A stretch of DNA of 64,000 bases, from NCBI RefSeq assembly GCF_006345805.1, contig NW_021833764.1, positions 12,487 to 76,486 on the forward strand. The letters are read 5' to 3'. Made by a program: the position numbers and the translations under genes. The stretch comes from Octopus sinensis. Lineage: Eukaryota. The notes under the pieces are model-generated. The model worked only from the letters and a program-made list of their open reading frames with translations. It was not told the origin of the DNA and did no database searches. Shown piece by piece: positions 39,701 through 53,558 of the stretch. The stretch's first letter is position 1. The number at the start of each line of letters is the position of its first letter.

Positions 39701-42700
39701 TGAACAAATGAGTGAATGAGCGAATGAGTGAATGAGCGAATGAGTGAATGAGCGAATGAGTAAATGAGCGAATGGTGAATTGAGTGAATGAGCGAATGAG
39801 TGAATGTGCGAATGAGTGAATGAGCGAATGAGCGAATGAGTGAATGAGTGTGAATGAGCGAATGAGTGAATGAGCGAATGAGTCAATGAGCGAATGAGTG
39901 AATGAGCGAATGAGTGAAGGAGTGAATGAGCGAATGAGTGAATGAGCGAATGAGTGAATGAGCGAATGAGTGAATGAGCGAATGAGTGAATGAGTGAATG
40001 AGCGAATGAGTGAATGAGCGAATGAGTGAATGAGCGAATGAGAGAATGAACGAATTAGTGAATGAGTGAATGAGAAATGAGTGAATGAGCGAATGAGTGA
40101 ATGAGCGAATGAGTGAATGAGCGAATGAGTGAATGAACGAATGAGTGAATGAGTGAATGAGTGAATGAACGAATGAGTGAATGAGTGAATGAGCGAATGA
40201 ACGAATGAGTGAATGAACGAATGAGTGAATGAGCAAATGAGTGAATGAACAAATGAGTGAATGAACGAATGAGTGAATGAGCGAATGAGTGAATGAGCAA
40301 ATGAGTGAATAAGCGAATGAGTGAATGAACGAATGAGTGAATGAGCGAATGAGTGAATGAACAAATGAGTGAATGAGCGAATGAGTGAATGGGCGAATGA
40401 GTGAATGAGCGAATGAGTGAATGAGTGAATAAGCGAATGAGTGTATGAACGAATGAGTGAATGAGCGAATGAGTGAATGAGCGAATGAGTGAATGAGCGA
40501 ATGAGTGAATGAGCGAATGAGTGAATGAGCGAATGAGTAAATGAGCGAATGAGCGTATGAGCGAATGAGTGAATGTGCGAATGAGTGAATGAGCGAATGA
40601 GCGAATGAGCGAATGAGTGAATGAGCGAATGAGTGAATGAGCGAATGAGTGAATGAGCGAATGAGTGAATGAGCGAATAAGCGAATGAGTGAATGAGCGA
40701 ATGAGTGAATGAGCGAATGAGTGAATGAGCGAATGAGCGAATGAGCGAATGAGCGAATGAGTGAATGAACGAATGAGCGAATGAACGAATGAGTGAATGA
40801 GCGAATGAGTGAATGAGCGAATGAGTGAATGAGCGAATGAGTGAATGAGCGAATGAGTGAATGAACGAATGAGTGAATGAGCGAATGAGTGAATGAGCGA
40901 ATGAGTGAATGTGCGAATGAGCGAATGAGTGAATGAGCGAATGAACGAATGAGCGAATGAGTAAATGAGCGAATGAGTGAATGAGCGAATGAGTGAATGA
41001 GCGAATGAGTGAATGAGAGAATGAACGAATGAGCGAATGAACGAATGAGTGAATGAGCGAATGAGTGAATGAGCGAATGAGTGAATGAACGAATGAGTGA
41101 ATGAGCGAATGAGTGAATGAGCGAATGAGTGAATGAGCGAATGAGTGAATGAGTGAATGAGTGAATGAGCGAATGAGTGAATGAGCGAATGAGTGAATGA
41201 GCGAATGAGTGAATCAGCGAATAAGTGAATGAGCAAATGAGTGAATGAACAAATGAGTGAATGAACGAATGAATGAATGAGCGAATGAGTGAATGAGCGA
41301 ATGAATGAATGAACGAATGAGAGAATGAACGAATGAGTGAATGAACGAATGAGTGAATGAGCGAATGATTGAATGAGCGAATGAGTGAATGAACAAATGA
41401 GTGAATGAACGAATGAGTGAATGAGCGAGATGAGTGAATGAACGAATGAGGTGAATGAACGAAATGAGTGAATGAAACGAATGAGTGAATGCCCGAATGA
41501 GTGAATGAGCGAATATGGTGAACGAGCGAATGAGTGAATGAACGAATGAGTGAATGAGCGAATGAGTGAATGAACGAATGAGTGAATGAACGAATGAGTG
41601 AATGAGCGAATGAGTGAATGAGCGAATGAGTGAATGAGCGAATGAGCGAATTAGTGAATGAGCGAATGAACGAATGAGCGAATGAGTGAATGAGCGAATG
41701 AGTGAATGAACGAATGAGTGAATGAACGAATGAATGAATGAACGAATGAGTGAATGAACGAATGAGTGAATGCCCGAATGAGTGAATAAGCGAATGAGTG
41801 AATGAGCGAATGAGTGAATGAACGAATGAGTGAATGAGCGAATGAGTGAAAGAGCGAATGAGTGAATGAGCGAATGAGTGAATGAACGAATGAGTGAATG
41901 AGCGAATGAGTGAATGAGCGAATGAGTGAATGAGCGAATGAGTGAATGAACGAATGAGTGAATGAGCGAATGAGTGAATGAACGAATGAGTGAATGAGTG
42001 AATGAGCGAATGAGTGAATGAGCGAATGAGTGAATGAGCGAATGAGTGAATGAGCGAATGAGCGAATGCGTGATGAGCGAATGATGTGAATGAGCGAATG
42101 AGTGAATGAGCGAATGAGTGAATGAACGAATGAGTGATGAGAGAACGAAGAATGAGTGAATGAATGAACGAATTAGTGAATGAGTGATGAGAAATGAGGA
42201 ATGAGCGACGAATGAGTGAATGAGCGAAAGAGTGAATGAGTGAATGAGTGAATGAGCGAATGAGTGAATGAACGAATGAGTGAATGACTGAATGAGTGAA
42301 TGAACGAATGAGTGAATGAGTGAATGAGCGAATGAGTGAATGAACGAATGAGTGAATGAGCAAATGAGTGAATGAACAAATGAGTGAATGAACGAATGAG
42401 TGAATGAGCGAATGAGGGAATGAGCAAATGAGTGAATAAGCGAATGAGTGAATGAACGAATGAGTGAATGAGCGAATGACTGAATGAACGAATGAGTGAA
42501 TGAGCGAATGAGTGAATGAGCGAATGAGTGAATGGGCGAATGAGTGAATGAGCGAATGAGTGAATGAGTGAATGAGCGAATGAGTGAATGAGCGAATGAG
42601 TGAATGAGCGAATGAGTGAATGAGCGAATGAGTGAAAGAGCGAATGAGTGAATGAGCGAATGAGTAAATGAGCGAATGAGCGAATGAGCGAATGAGTGAA

Positions 42701-45700
42701 TGTGCGAATGAGTTAATGAGCGAATGAGCGAATGAGTGAATGAGTGAATGAGCGAATGAGTGAATGAGCGAATGAGTGAATGAGCGAATGAGTGAATGAG
42801 CGAATGAGTGAATGAGTGAATGAGCGAATGAGTGAATGAGCGAATGAGTGAATGAGCGAATGAGTGAATGAGCGAATGAGTGAATGAGCGAATGAGTGAA
42901 TGAGTGAATGAGCGAATGAGTGAATGAGCGAATGAGTGAATGAACGAATGAGTGAATGAGCGAATGAGTGAATGAACGAATTAGTGAATGAGTGAATGAG
43001 AAATGAGTGAATGAGCGAATGAGTGAATGAGCGAATGAGTGAATGAGCGAATGAGTGAATGAACGAATGAGTGAATGAGTGAATGAGTGAATGAACGAAT
43101 GAGTGAATGAGTGAATGAGCGAATGAACGAATGAGTGAATGAACGAATGAGTGAATGAGCAAATGAGTGAATGAACAAATGAGTGAATGAACGAATGAGT
43201 GAATGAGCGAATGAGTGAATGAGCAAATGAGTGAATAAGCGAATGAGTGAATGAACGAATGAGTGAATGAGCGAATGAGTGAATGAACGAATGAGTGAAT
43301 CAGCGAATGAGTGAATGGGCGAATGAGTGAATGAGCGAATGAGTGAATGAGTGAATGAGCGAATGAGTGTATGAACGAATGAGTGAATGAGCGAATGAGT
43401 GAATGAGCGAATGAGTGAATGAGCGAATGAGTGAATGAGCGAATGAGAGAATGAGCGAATGAGTAAATGAGCGAATGAGCGAATGAGCGAATGAGTGAAT
43501 GTGCGAATGAGTGAATGAGCGAATGAGCGAATGAGCGAATGAGTGAATGAGCGAATGAGTGAATGAGCGAATGAGTGAATGAGCGAATGAGCGAATGAGT
43601 GAATGAGCGAATGAGTGAATGAGCGAATGAGTGAATGAGCGAATGAGTGAATGAGCGAATGAGCGAATGAGTGAATGAACGAATGAACGAATGAGCGAAT
43701 GAACGAATGAGTGAATGAGCGAATGAGTGAATGAGCGAATGAGTGAATGAGCGAATGAGTGAATGAGCGAATGAGTGAATGAACGAATGAGTGAATGAGC
43801 GAATGAGTGAATGAGCGAAAGAATGAATGTGCGAATGAGCGAATGAGTGAATGAGCGAATGAACGAATGAGCGAATGAGTAAATGAGCGAATGAGTGAAT
43901 GAACGAATGAGTGAATGAGCGAATGAGTGAATGAGCGAATGAGTGAATGAGAGAATGAACGAATGAGCGAATGAACGAATGAGTGAATGAGCGAATGAGT
44001 GAATGAGCGAATGAGTGAATGAACGAATGAGTGAATGAACGAATGAGTGAATGAGCGAATGAGTGAATGAGCGAATGAGTGAATGAGTGAATGAGTGAAT
44101 GAGCGAATGAGTGAATGAGCGAATGAGTGAATGAGCGAATGAGTGAATCAGCGAATAAGTGAATGAGCAAATGAGTGAATGAACAAATGAGTAAATGAAC
44201 GAATGAATGAATGAGCGAATGAGTGAATGAGCGAATGAATGAATGAACGAATGAGTGAATGAACGAATGAGTGAATGAACGAATGAGTGAATGAGCGAAT
44301 GATTGAATGAGCGAATGAGTGAATGAACAAATGAGTGAATGAACGAATGAGTGAATGAGCGAATGAGTGAATGAACGAATGAGTGAATGAACGAATGAGT
44401 GAATGAACGAATGAGTGAATGCTCGAATGAGTGAATGAGCGAATGAGTGAATGAGCGAATGAGTGAATGAACGAATGAGTGAATGAGCGAATGAGTGAAT
44501 GAACGAATGAGTGAATGAACGAATGAGTGAATGAGCGAATGAGTGAATGAGCGAATGAGTGAATGAGCGAATGAGCGAATGAGTGAATGAGCGAATGAAG
44601 GAATGAGCGAATGAGTGAATGAGCGAATGAGTGAATGAACGAATGAGTGAATGAACGAATGAGTGAATGCCCGAATGAGTGAATGAGCGAATGAGTGAAT
44701 GAGCGAATGAGTGAATGAACGAATGAGTGAATGAGAGAATGAGTGAATGAGCGAATGAGTGAATGAACGAATGAGTGAATGAGCGAATGAGTGAATGAGC
44801 GAATGAGTGAATGAGCGAATGAGCGAATGAGTGAATGAGCGAATGAAACGAATGAGCGATGAGTGAATGAGCGAATGAGTGAATGAGCGAATGAGTGAAT
44901 GAGCGAATGAGTGAATGAGCGAATGAGCGAATGAGGGAATGAGTGAATGAGCGAATGAGTGAATGAGCGAATGAGTGAATGAGCGAATGATGAGTGAACG
45001 AGCGAATGAGCGAATGAGCGAATGAGTGAATGAGCGAATGAGTGAATGAACGAATGAGTGAATGAGCGAATGAGTGAATGAGCGAATGAGTGAATGAGCG
45101 AATGAGTGAATGAGTGAATGAGTGAATGAGCGAATGAGTGAATGAGCGAATGAGTGAATGAGCGAATGAGTGAATCAGCGAATAAGTGAATGAGCAAATG
45201 AGTGAATGAACAAATGAGTGAATGAACGAATGAATGAATGAGCGAATGAGTGAATGAGCGAATGAATGAATGAACGAATGAGTGAATGAACGAATGAGTG
45301 AATGAGCGAATGATTGAATGAGCGAATGAGTGAATGAACAAATGAGTGAATGAACGAATGAGTGAATGAGCGAATGAGTGAATGAACGAATGAGTGAATG
45401 AACGAATGAGTGAATGCCCGAATGAGTGAATGAGCGAATGAGTGAATGAGCGAATGAGTGAATGAACGAATGAGTGAATGAGCGAATGAGTGAATGAACG
45501 AATGAGTGAATGAACGAATGAGTGAATGAGCGAATGAGTGAATGAGCGAATGAGTGAATGAGCAAATGAGTGAATGAACAAATGAGTGAATGAACGAATG
45601 AATGAATGAGCGAATGAGTGAATGAGCGAATGAATGAATGAGCGAATGAGTGAATGAGCGAATAAGTGAATGAGCGAATGAGTTAATGATCGAATGAGTG

Positions 45701-48090
45701 AATGAACGAATGAGTGAATGAACGAATGAGTGAATGAGCGAATGAGTGAATGAGCGAATGAGTGAATGAGCGAATGAGTGAATGAGCGAATGAGTGAATG
45801 AACGAATGAGCGAATGAGTGAATGAGCGAATGAACGAATGAGTGAATAAACGAATGAGTAAATGAGCGAATGAGTGAATAAGCGAATGAGTGAATGAGCG
45901 AATGAGTGAATGAACGAATGAGTGAATGAACGAATGAGTGAATGAGCGAATGAGTGAATGAGCGAATGAGTGAATAAGCAAATGAGTGAATGAACAAATG
46001 AGTGAATGAACGAATGAGTGAATGAGCGAATGAGTGAATGAGCGAATGAGTGAATGAGTGAATGAGTGAATGAGCGAATGAGTGAATGAGTGAATGAGTG
46101 AATGAGCGAATGAGTGAATGAGCGAATGAGTGAATGAGCGAATGAGTGAATCAGCGAATAAGTGAATGAGCAAATGAGTGAATGAACAAATGAGTGAATG
46201 AACGAATGAATGAATGAGCGAATGAGTGAATGAGCGAATGAATGCATGAACGAATGAGTGAATGAACGAATGAGTGAATGAACGAATGAGTGAATGAGCG
46301 AATGATTGAATGAGATGGCGAATGAGTGATGAACAAATGAGTGAATGAACGAATGAGTGAATGAGCGAATGAGTGAATGAACGAATGAGTGAATGAACGA
46401 ATGAGTGAATGCCCGAATGAGTGAATGAGCGAATGAGTGAATGAGCGAATGAGTGAATGAACGAATGAGTGAATGAGTGAATGAGTGAATGAACGAATGA
46501 GTGAATGAACGAATGAGTGAATGAGCGATGAGTGAGAGTGAATGAGCGAATGAGTGAATGAGCAATGAGTGAATGAACAAATGAGTGAATGAACGAATGA
46601 ATGAATGAGCGAATGAGTGAATGAGCGAATGAATGAATGAGCGAATGAGTGAATGAGCGAATAAGTGAATGAGCGAATGAGTGAATGATCGAATGAGGAA
46701 TGATGAACGAATGAGTGAATGAACGAATGAGTGAATGAGCGAATGAGTGAATGAGCGAATGAGTGAATGAGCGAATGAGTGAATGAGCGAATGAGTGAAG
46801 TGAATGAACGAATGAGCGAATGAGCGAATGAGTGAATGAGCGCAGTGAATGAACGAATGAGTGAATGAACGAATGAGTGAATAAGCGAATGAGTGAATGA
46901 TGAGCGAATGAGTGAATGAACGAATGAGTGAATGAACGAATGAGTGAATGAGCGAATGAGTGAATGAGCGAATGAGTGAATGAGCAAATGAGTGAATGAA
47001 CAAATGAGTGAATGAACGAATGAGTGAATGAGCGAATGAGTGAATGAGCGAATGAGTGAATGAGCGAATGAGTGAATGAGCGCATGAGTGAATGAGCGAA
47101 TGAGTGAATGAGCGAATGAGTGAATGAACGAATGAGCGATTGAGTGAATGAGCGAATGAACGAATGAGTGAATGAACGAATGAGTGAATGAGCGAATGAG
47201 TGAATGAGCGAATGAGTGAATGAGCGAATGAGTGAATGAGCGAATGAGTGAATGAACGAATGAGTGAATGAGCGAATGAGTGAATGAGCGAATGAGTGAA
47301 TGAGCGAATGAGTGAATGAGCAAATGAGTGAGTGAACGAATGAGTGAATGAACGAATGAGTGAATGAGCGAATGAGTGAATGAGCGAATGTGTGAATGTA
47401 CGAATGAGTGAATGAGCGAATGAGTGAATGAGCGAATGAGTGAATGAGCGAATGAGTGAATGAACGAATGAATGAATGAGTGAATGAGCGAATGAACGAA
47501 TGAGTGAATGAACGAATGAGTGAATGAGCGAATGAGTGAATGAGCGAATGAGTGAATGAGCGAATGAGTGAATGAACGAATGAGTGAATGAACGAATGAG
47601 TGAATGAGCGAATGAGTGAATGAGAGAATGAGTGAATGAGCGAATGAGTGAATGAACGAATGAGCGAATGAGTGAATGAGCGAATGAGTAAATGAGCGAA
47701 TGAGTGAATGAGCGAATTAGTGAATGAGCGAATGAGTGAATGAGTGAATGAGTGAATGAGCGAATGAGTGAATGAACGAATGAGTGAATGAACGAATGAG
47801 TGAATGAGCGAATGAGTGAATGAGCGAATGAGTGAATGAGCGAATGAGTGAATGAACGAATGAGCGAATTAGTGAATGAGCGCATGAGTGAATGAACAAA
47901 TGAGTGAATGAACGAATGAGTGAATGAGCGAATGAGTGAATGAGCGAATGAGTGAATGAGTGAATGAGTGAATGAGCAAATGAGTGAATGAGCGAATGAG
48001 TGAATGAACAAATGAGTGAATGAGCGAATGAGTGAATGAGCGAATGAGTGAATGAGCGAATGAGTGAATGAGTGAATGAGCGAATGAACA
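36705..48090 (+). repeat. Simple-sequence satellite (GAATGAGTGAATGAGC)n with GAAC/AAAT/GAGA variant tetramers, ~11.4 kb
   Basis: Direct reading; GAAT tetramers alternate with GAGT/GAGC/GAAC. The long minus-strand HSLIRSFT ORFs are its translation. Confidence 0.96.
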
Positions 48091-48990
48091 AAAGAAAGAA
48101 ACAATCAACGATTGATTGATTGAACAGATGGATGAACAAGTTTATAAATGAATGAGTGAATGAATGAACTAAAATAAATTGATAAACATGCGGATGAATG
48201 AATAAAATGATGAAGAAGTAAACGAATGAATTTATAGATGAATGAAGAGTAAATGGATAGACGAACAAAATAATGAATAAGCTGATGGAAGGATGAATGA
48301 ATGAATGAACGAAAGAGCAAAAGAATGAAAATGGAGAAATGAATGAATTAGTAAACGAGTGAACGAGCGAATGAACAAATGGACAAAAGGATGAATGAAA
48401 GAATCGACTGAAGAATGAATTTGAGAAAAGGTGAATGAATGAGTGAATGAACGAATGTATGACTGAATCAGAGAAAAAACGAACGAAAGAACGAGGGATG
48501 AATGAATGAATGAACGAAGGGGTAGATAAATGAACGATTTAATGAATGAATGAATGAATGAAAGGACGCGGGAATCGATGAAGGAATGGGATGGATGAAT
48601 GAAGTGAAGAATGAATGAGAGGCTGAATGAATGGATGAATGAATGAATGAATGCACGAGAGAATGGATGGGTGAATGAATGAATGAACGAGAGGATGGGT
48701 GGGTGAATGAATGAATGAATGAACGAGGAAATGGATGAATGAATCGAATCAATCAAGGAACGAACCAATGTATCAATAAATGGATGGATGGTTAGAATGA
48801 TTAGCGAACGAGCGACTGGACGGATGAATGATCTAATATACATGAATGAATGTGCGAGTGAATCAATAAACAAACACAAGAATGAAAAATGAAGAAATGA
48901 ATTATGAATGAACGAGTGATTAGATGAATCATTTAGTGAAGGAATAATTGGAGACGTAGAAAAGGCAGAGAGAAACGGAGAACATTGAAT
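48091..48990 (+). repeat. Degenerate GAAT-rich right flank containing a permuted copy of the ~288-bp unit
   Basis: 48401-48746 repeats blocks seen at 36141-36480 (GAATCGACTGAAGAATGAATTT...GGGGTAGATAAATGA...GAGAGGCTGAATGAATGGATG...GCACGAGAG). Confidence 0.85.
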
Positions 48991-49014
48991 GGGGGGGGGG
49001 CGCATGTAATCTTT

Positions 49015-49235
49015 TATCTTTTGAATGATTCAGTCATAAAACTGTGGCCACGCTGGGGCACCACCTTGCAGAATTTTTAATCGAATGAATTAACCCTTAT
49101 ACTTCTTTTTTTTTTTTAGTTTTTTTTCTTTTTAGGCCCGGTACATAATCTATGGGACGCTTTTGTCGAACTGATAGGTTACAGGGATGTAAACACACCA
49201 ACACCGATTATCAAGTTCTGGTGGGCGACATACAC
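49015..49235 (-). mobile_element. Diverged SINE body and tail
   Basis: Reverse complement reads GGTGTGTTTACATCCCTGTAACC...AAGGTGGTGCCCCAGCGTGGCCACAG...ATGACTGAA, homologous to the SINE at 54705-55098. Confidence 0.7.
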
Positions 49236-49367
49236 AAACACAAAGACACACACAAACGCACACACAAACACACACACACACATACACACACACACGCACA
49301 CACACACACACACATACACACACGCACGCACACACACAACACACACACACACACATACACACACACG
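49236..49367. repeat. (CA)n microsatellite
   Basis: Direct reading. Confidence 0.92.
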
Positions 49368-49899
49368 CGGGCGCCCTGAAGAAAAAAGACCCGGTATTTG
49401 AAATGCAATGGCAGCCATGTTAAACGATATGTCGTGGCCAGGAGGGACCCTTAGTTTCAGTGAGGCCCAGCATTCGAGGCCACGTTGACGGCTCTCGTCA
49501 CGTGTTGTGGTAGAGCTACGGTAACAGAGTGATTTCTTGATATCGTAGTGGTTTCTGCATTTCTGCTTCAGGGTGGAGGGGCGTTGCAGGAAGGCTGTTC
49601 ATTTTCGCTGTTAAAACGGAGATACGGTTGTTGTGACCCCACGGAGGGAAGCATGCGTTGGCAGCATGGTCGCTAGTCTGAAAGTAGTGCAGGTTTGGCG
49701 TGCGTTCATTCATTCAATGAATGAGAGAATGAAACAACGATTGAACAAACGAATAAAGAAATAAATGCTGCAATTTGATTGGTTGGCTGTGTGATTGGAT
49801 GAACATGTGAAAGAAAGCAGCGCTGACGGGTTATATCTAGGATTGAAAATTCAATGCATTATGTCATCCCTATATGCTAAAATATACATACTCATCAGT

Positions 49900-51150
<1,251 letters not shown>

Positions 51151-51620
51151 CACGTGTTTCTGCAACCTAATCGGTGGAGTAAATCCAGCGACCTTGACCT
51201 TTTAGGAAATGACCTCTGAGACGCGCGCACTGGGCGGGAAATATAGTAGTAGCAAATTGGAAAGAGAGTAGCGAGAGGAGGGGAACCTGTTAGAATGAAA
51301 GAGAGAGAGGTGTGAGGAAGAGAGAAAAGTAGGAGGAGGGAAGAATGGTTGGATGCCATAACTCATGGAACCGTACAGCTCCAAGTATGACATCATGAAG
51401 ATGAATTTTCCTCAGGCCGAATACGCCTCGTTGCGAATTCCATTAACAAAACAGATTCCGATAACGCGCCACTCAGAGACATGCTGGAGATCCAGAAACT
51501 GCGTGTGTAAGGCAGTTTGCTGACCACCACCACCACCACCACCACCCCCAAAACATACGCAGACAATCCGAAGGCTTCCTCACGTTTTCGGTTGTCCAAT
51601 GCCGCCCAGATATATATATT

Positions 51621-52026
51621 CTCTCTTTACTCTTTACTCTTTTTACTTGTTTCAGTCATTTGACTGCGGCCATGCTGGAGCACCGCCTTTAGTCGAGCAA
51701 ATCGACCCCGGGACTTATTCTTTTGTAAGCCCAGTACTTATTCTATCGGTCTCTTTTGCCGAACCGCTAAGTGACGGGGACGTAAACACACCAGCATCGG
51801 TTGTCAAGCAATGCTAGGGGAACAAACACAGACACACAAACACATACACGCACATACATATATATATATATACGACAGGCTTCTTTAAGTTTCCGTCTAC
51901 CAATTCCACTCACAAGGCATTGGTCGGCCCGGGGCTATAGTAGAAGACACTTGCCCAAGGTGCCACACAGTGGGACTGAACCCAGAACCATGTGGTTGGT
52001 AGGCAAGCTACTTACCACACAGCCAC
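51621..52026 (-). mobile_element. Near full-length tRNA-derived SINE (head, CA/TA linker, body, tail)
   Basis: Reverse-complement match to the copies at 54705-55098 and 61559-61968. Confidence 0.88.
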
Positions 52027-52027
52027 A

Positions 52028-52063
<36 letters not shown>

Positions 52064-52087
52064 ATTATTATTATTATTATTATTATC
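52027..52087. repeat. (ATT)n microsatellite
   Basis: Direct reading. Confidence 0.92.
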
Positions 52088-52197
52088 ATCAGAGATGCAC
52101 ATATAGTCAGCCACTAAGGGACATGCTCAACTGGTTAAGGTCAAACAACTGACAAGCAAATATGTGGTATTGAGCAGAATATTTGCTGTAGCCCATC

Positions 52198-52200
<3 letters not shown>
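52088..52200 (-). mobile_element. Internal fragment of the adjacent ~560-bp element
   Basis: ATCAGAGATGCACATAT...GCTGTAGCCCATCTTT is duplicated at ~52602-52714 with few substitutions. Confidence 0.85.
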
Positions 52201-52249
<49 letters not shown>

Positions 52250-52808
52250 GAGTGAGAGAGCAGTGCATGCCATCAAAGTGAAACTGTGGTACAAATATAC
52301 GAAGCCCAGTATACCCATCATGACTACCCGTCTGATAAGGGTACACCAGGCACATGCATCACAACCATATGTGCGCGACATGGTGATCCCATATCAAAAT
52401 AAACAGTGCATGAACGTAGAAGTGGTGTCCACTTAGAATTTTCTTCTGGCCGAGTAGCCCATCCCGCTCAAAAGGCACCTGAATAAGGGTTGTTTAAGGA
52501 TGTAGAACAAAACACCCATGTTTCCAGAGATCAATTATCCAAACCCCAAAGAATCCCTCTCAACACATGGCTATAATGCTCCCCAACTACTTTTTCTTGT
52601 GATCAGAGATGCACATATCGTCAGCCACCAAGGGACATGCTCAACTGGTTAAGGTCAAACAACTGACAAGCAAATCTGTGGTATTGAGGAGAATATTTGC
52701 TGTAGCCCATCTTTTATACCAAGACAAATCAATGTACATGATAACACTTCCAATCAGTTAAGATCAGAAGCCATGAGAGCCACTGCCTGGTACTGCATCA
52801 GGGCATTT
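52250..52808 (-). mobile_element. ~560-bp non-coding retroposon-like element with (AAT)n tail
   Basis: Bounded by (ATT)n on both sides; on the minus strand it ends ...GCACTGCTCTCTCACTC-AATAATAAT. Recognised from memory as a frequent octopus interspersed repeat. Confidence 0.6.
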
Positions 52809-52891
52809 TATTATCATTTTTCTTCTTCTTCTTCTTCTTCTTCTTATTATTATTATTATTATTATTATTCTTCTTCTTCTTCTTCTTCTTC

Positions 52892-52964
<73 letters not shown>

Positions 52965-52998
52965 GTTATTATTATTATTATTGTTGTTGTTGTTGTTA

Positions 52999-53048
<50 letters not shown>

Positions 53049-53049
53049 T

Positions 53050-53102
<53 letters not shown>

Positions 53103-53158
53103 CATTATCCCTACTATTATCATAATTATTATTATCATTATTATTATTATTATCATTA

Positions 53159-53222
<64 letters not shown>

Positions 53223-53274
53223 CATTATCATTACTATTATCATTATTATTATTATCATTATCATTACTATTATC

Positions 53275-53316
<42 letters not shown>

Positions 53317-53382
53317 GTTATTATTATTATTATCATTATCATTACTGTTATCATTATTATTATTATTATCATTATTATTATT

Positions 53383-53423
<41 letters not shown>

Positions 53424-53558
53424 CATTATATTATTATTATTATTATTATTATTATCATTATTATTATTATTATCATTATCATTACTGTTATCATTATTAT
53501 TATTATTATTATTATCATTATTATTATTATTGTTATTATTATTATTATTATTATTATT
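52809..53558. repeat. ~750-bp compound trinucleotide tract (ATT/ATC/TCT/GTT)
   Basis: Direct reading; source of the poly-I/Y/N/L ORFs. Confidence 0.95.

Noticed and set aside
36705-48090. Heat-shock element array or human HSat2/3-like GGAAT satellite
   Set aside because: HSEs need inverted nGAAn pentamers. This tract has direct 4-bp periodicity, not 5-bp GGAAT.
35741-49005. Very long His/Ser/Ile/Phe-rich ORFs (up to 1318 aa)
   Set aside because: The minus strand of the GAAT/GAGT/GAGC repeat rarely forms stop codons. ORFs are open in several frames at once, with no splice or codon signal.
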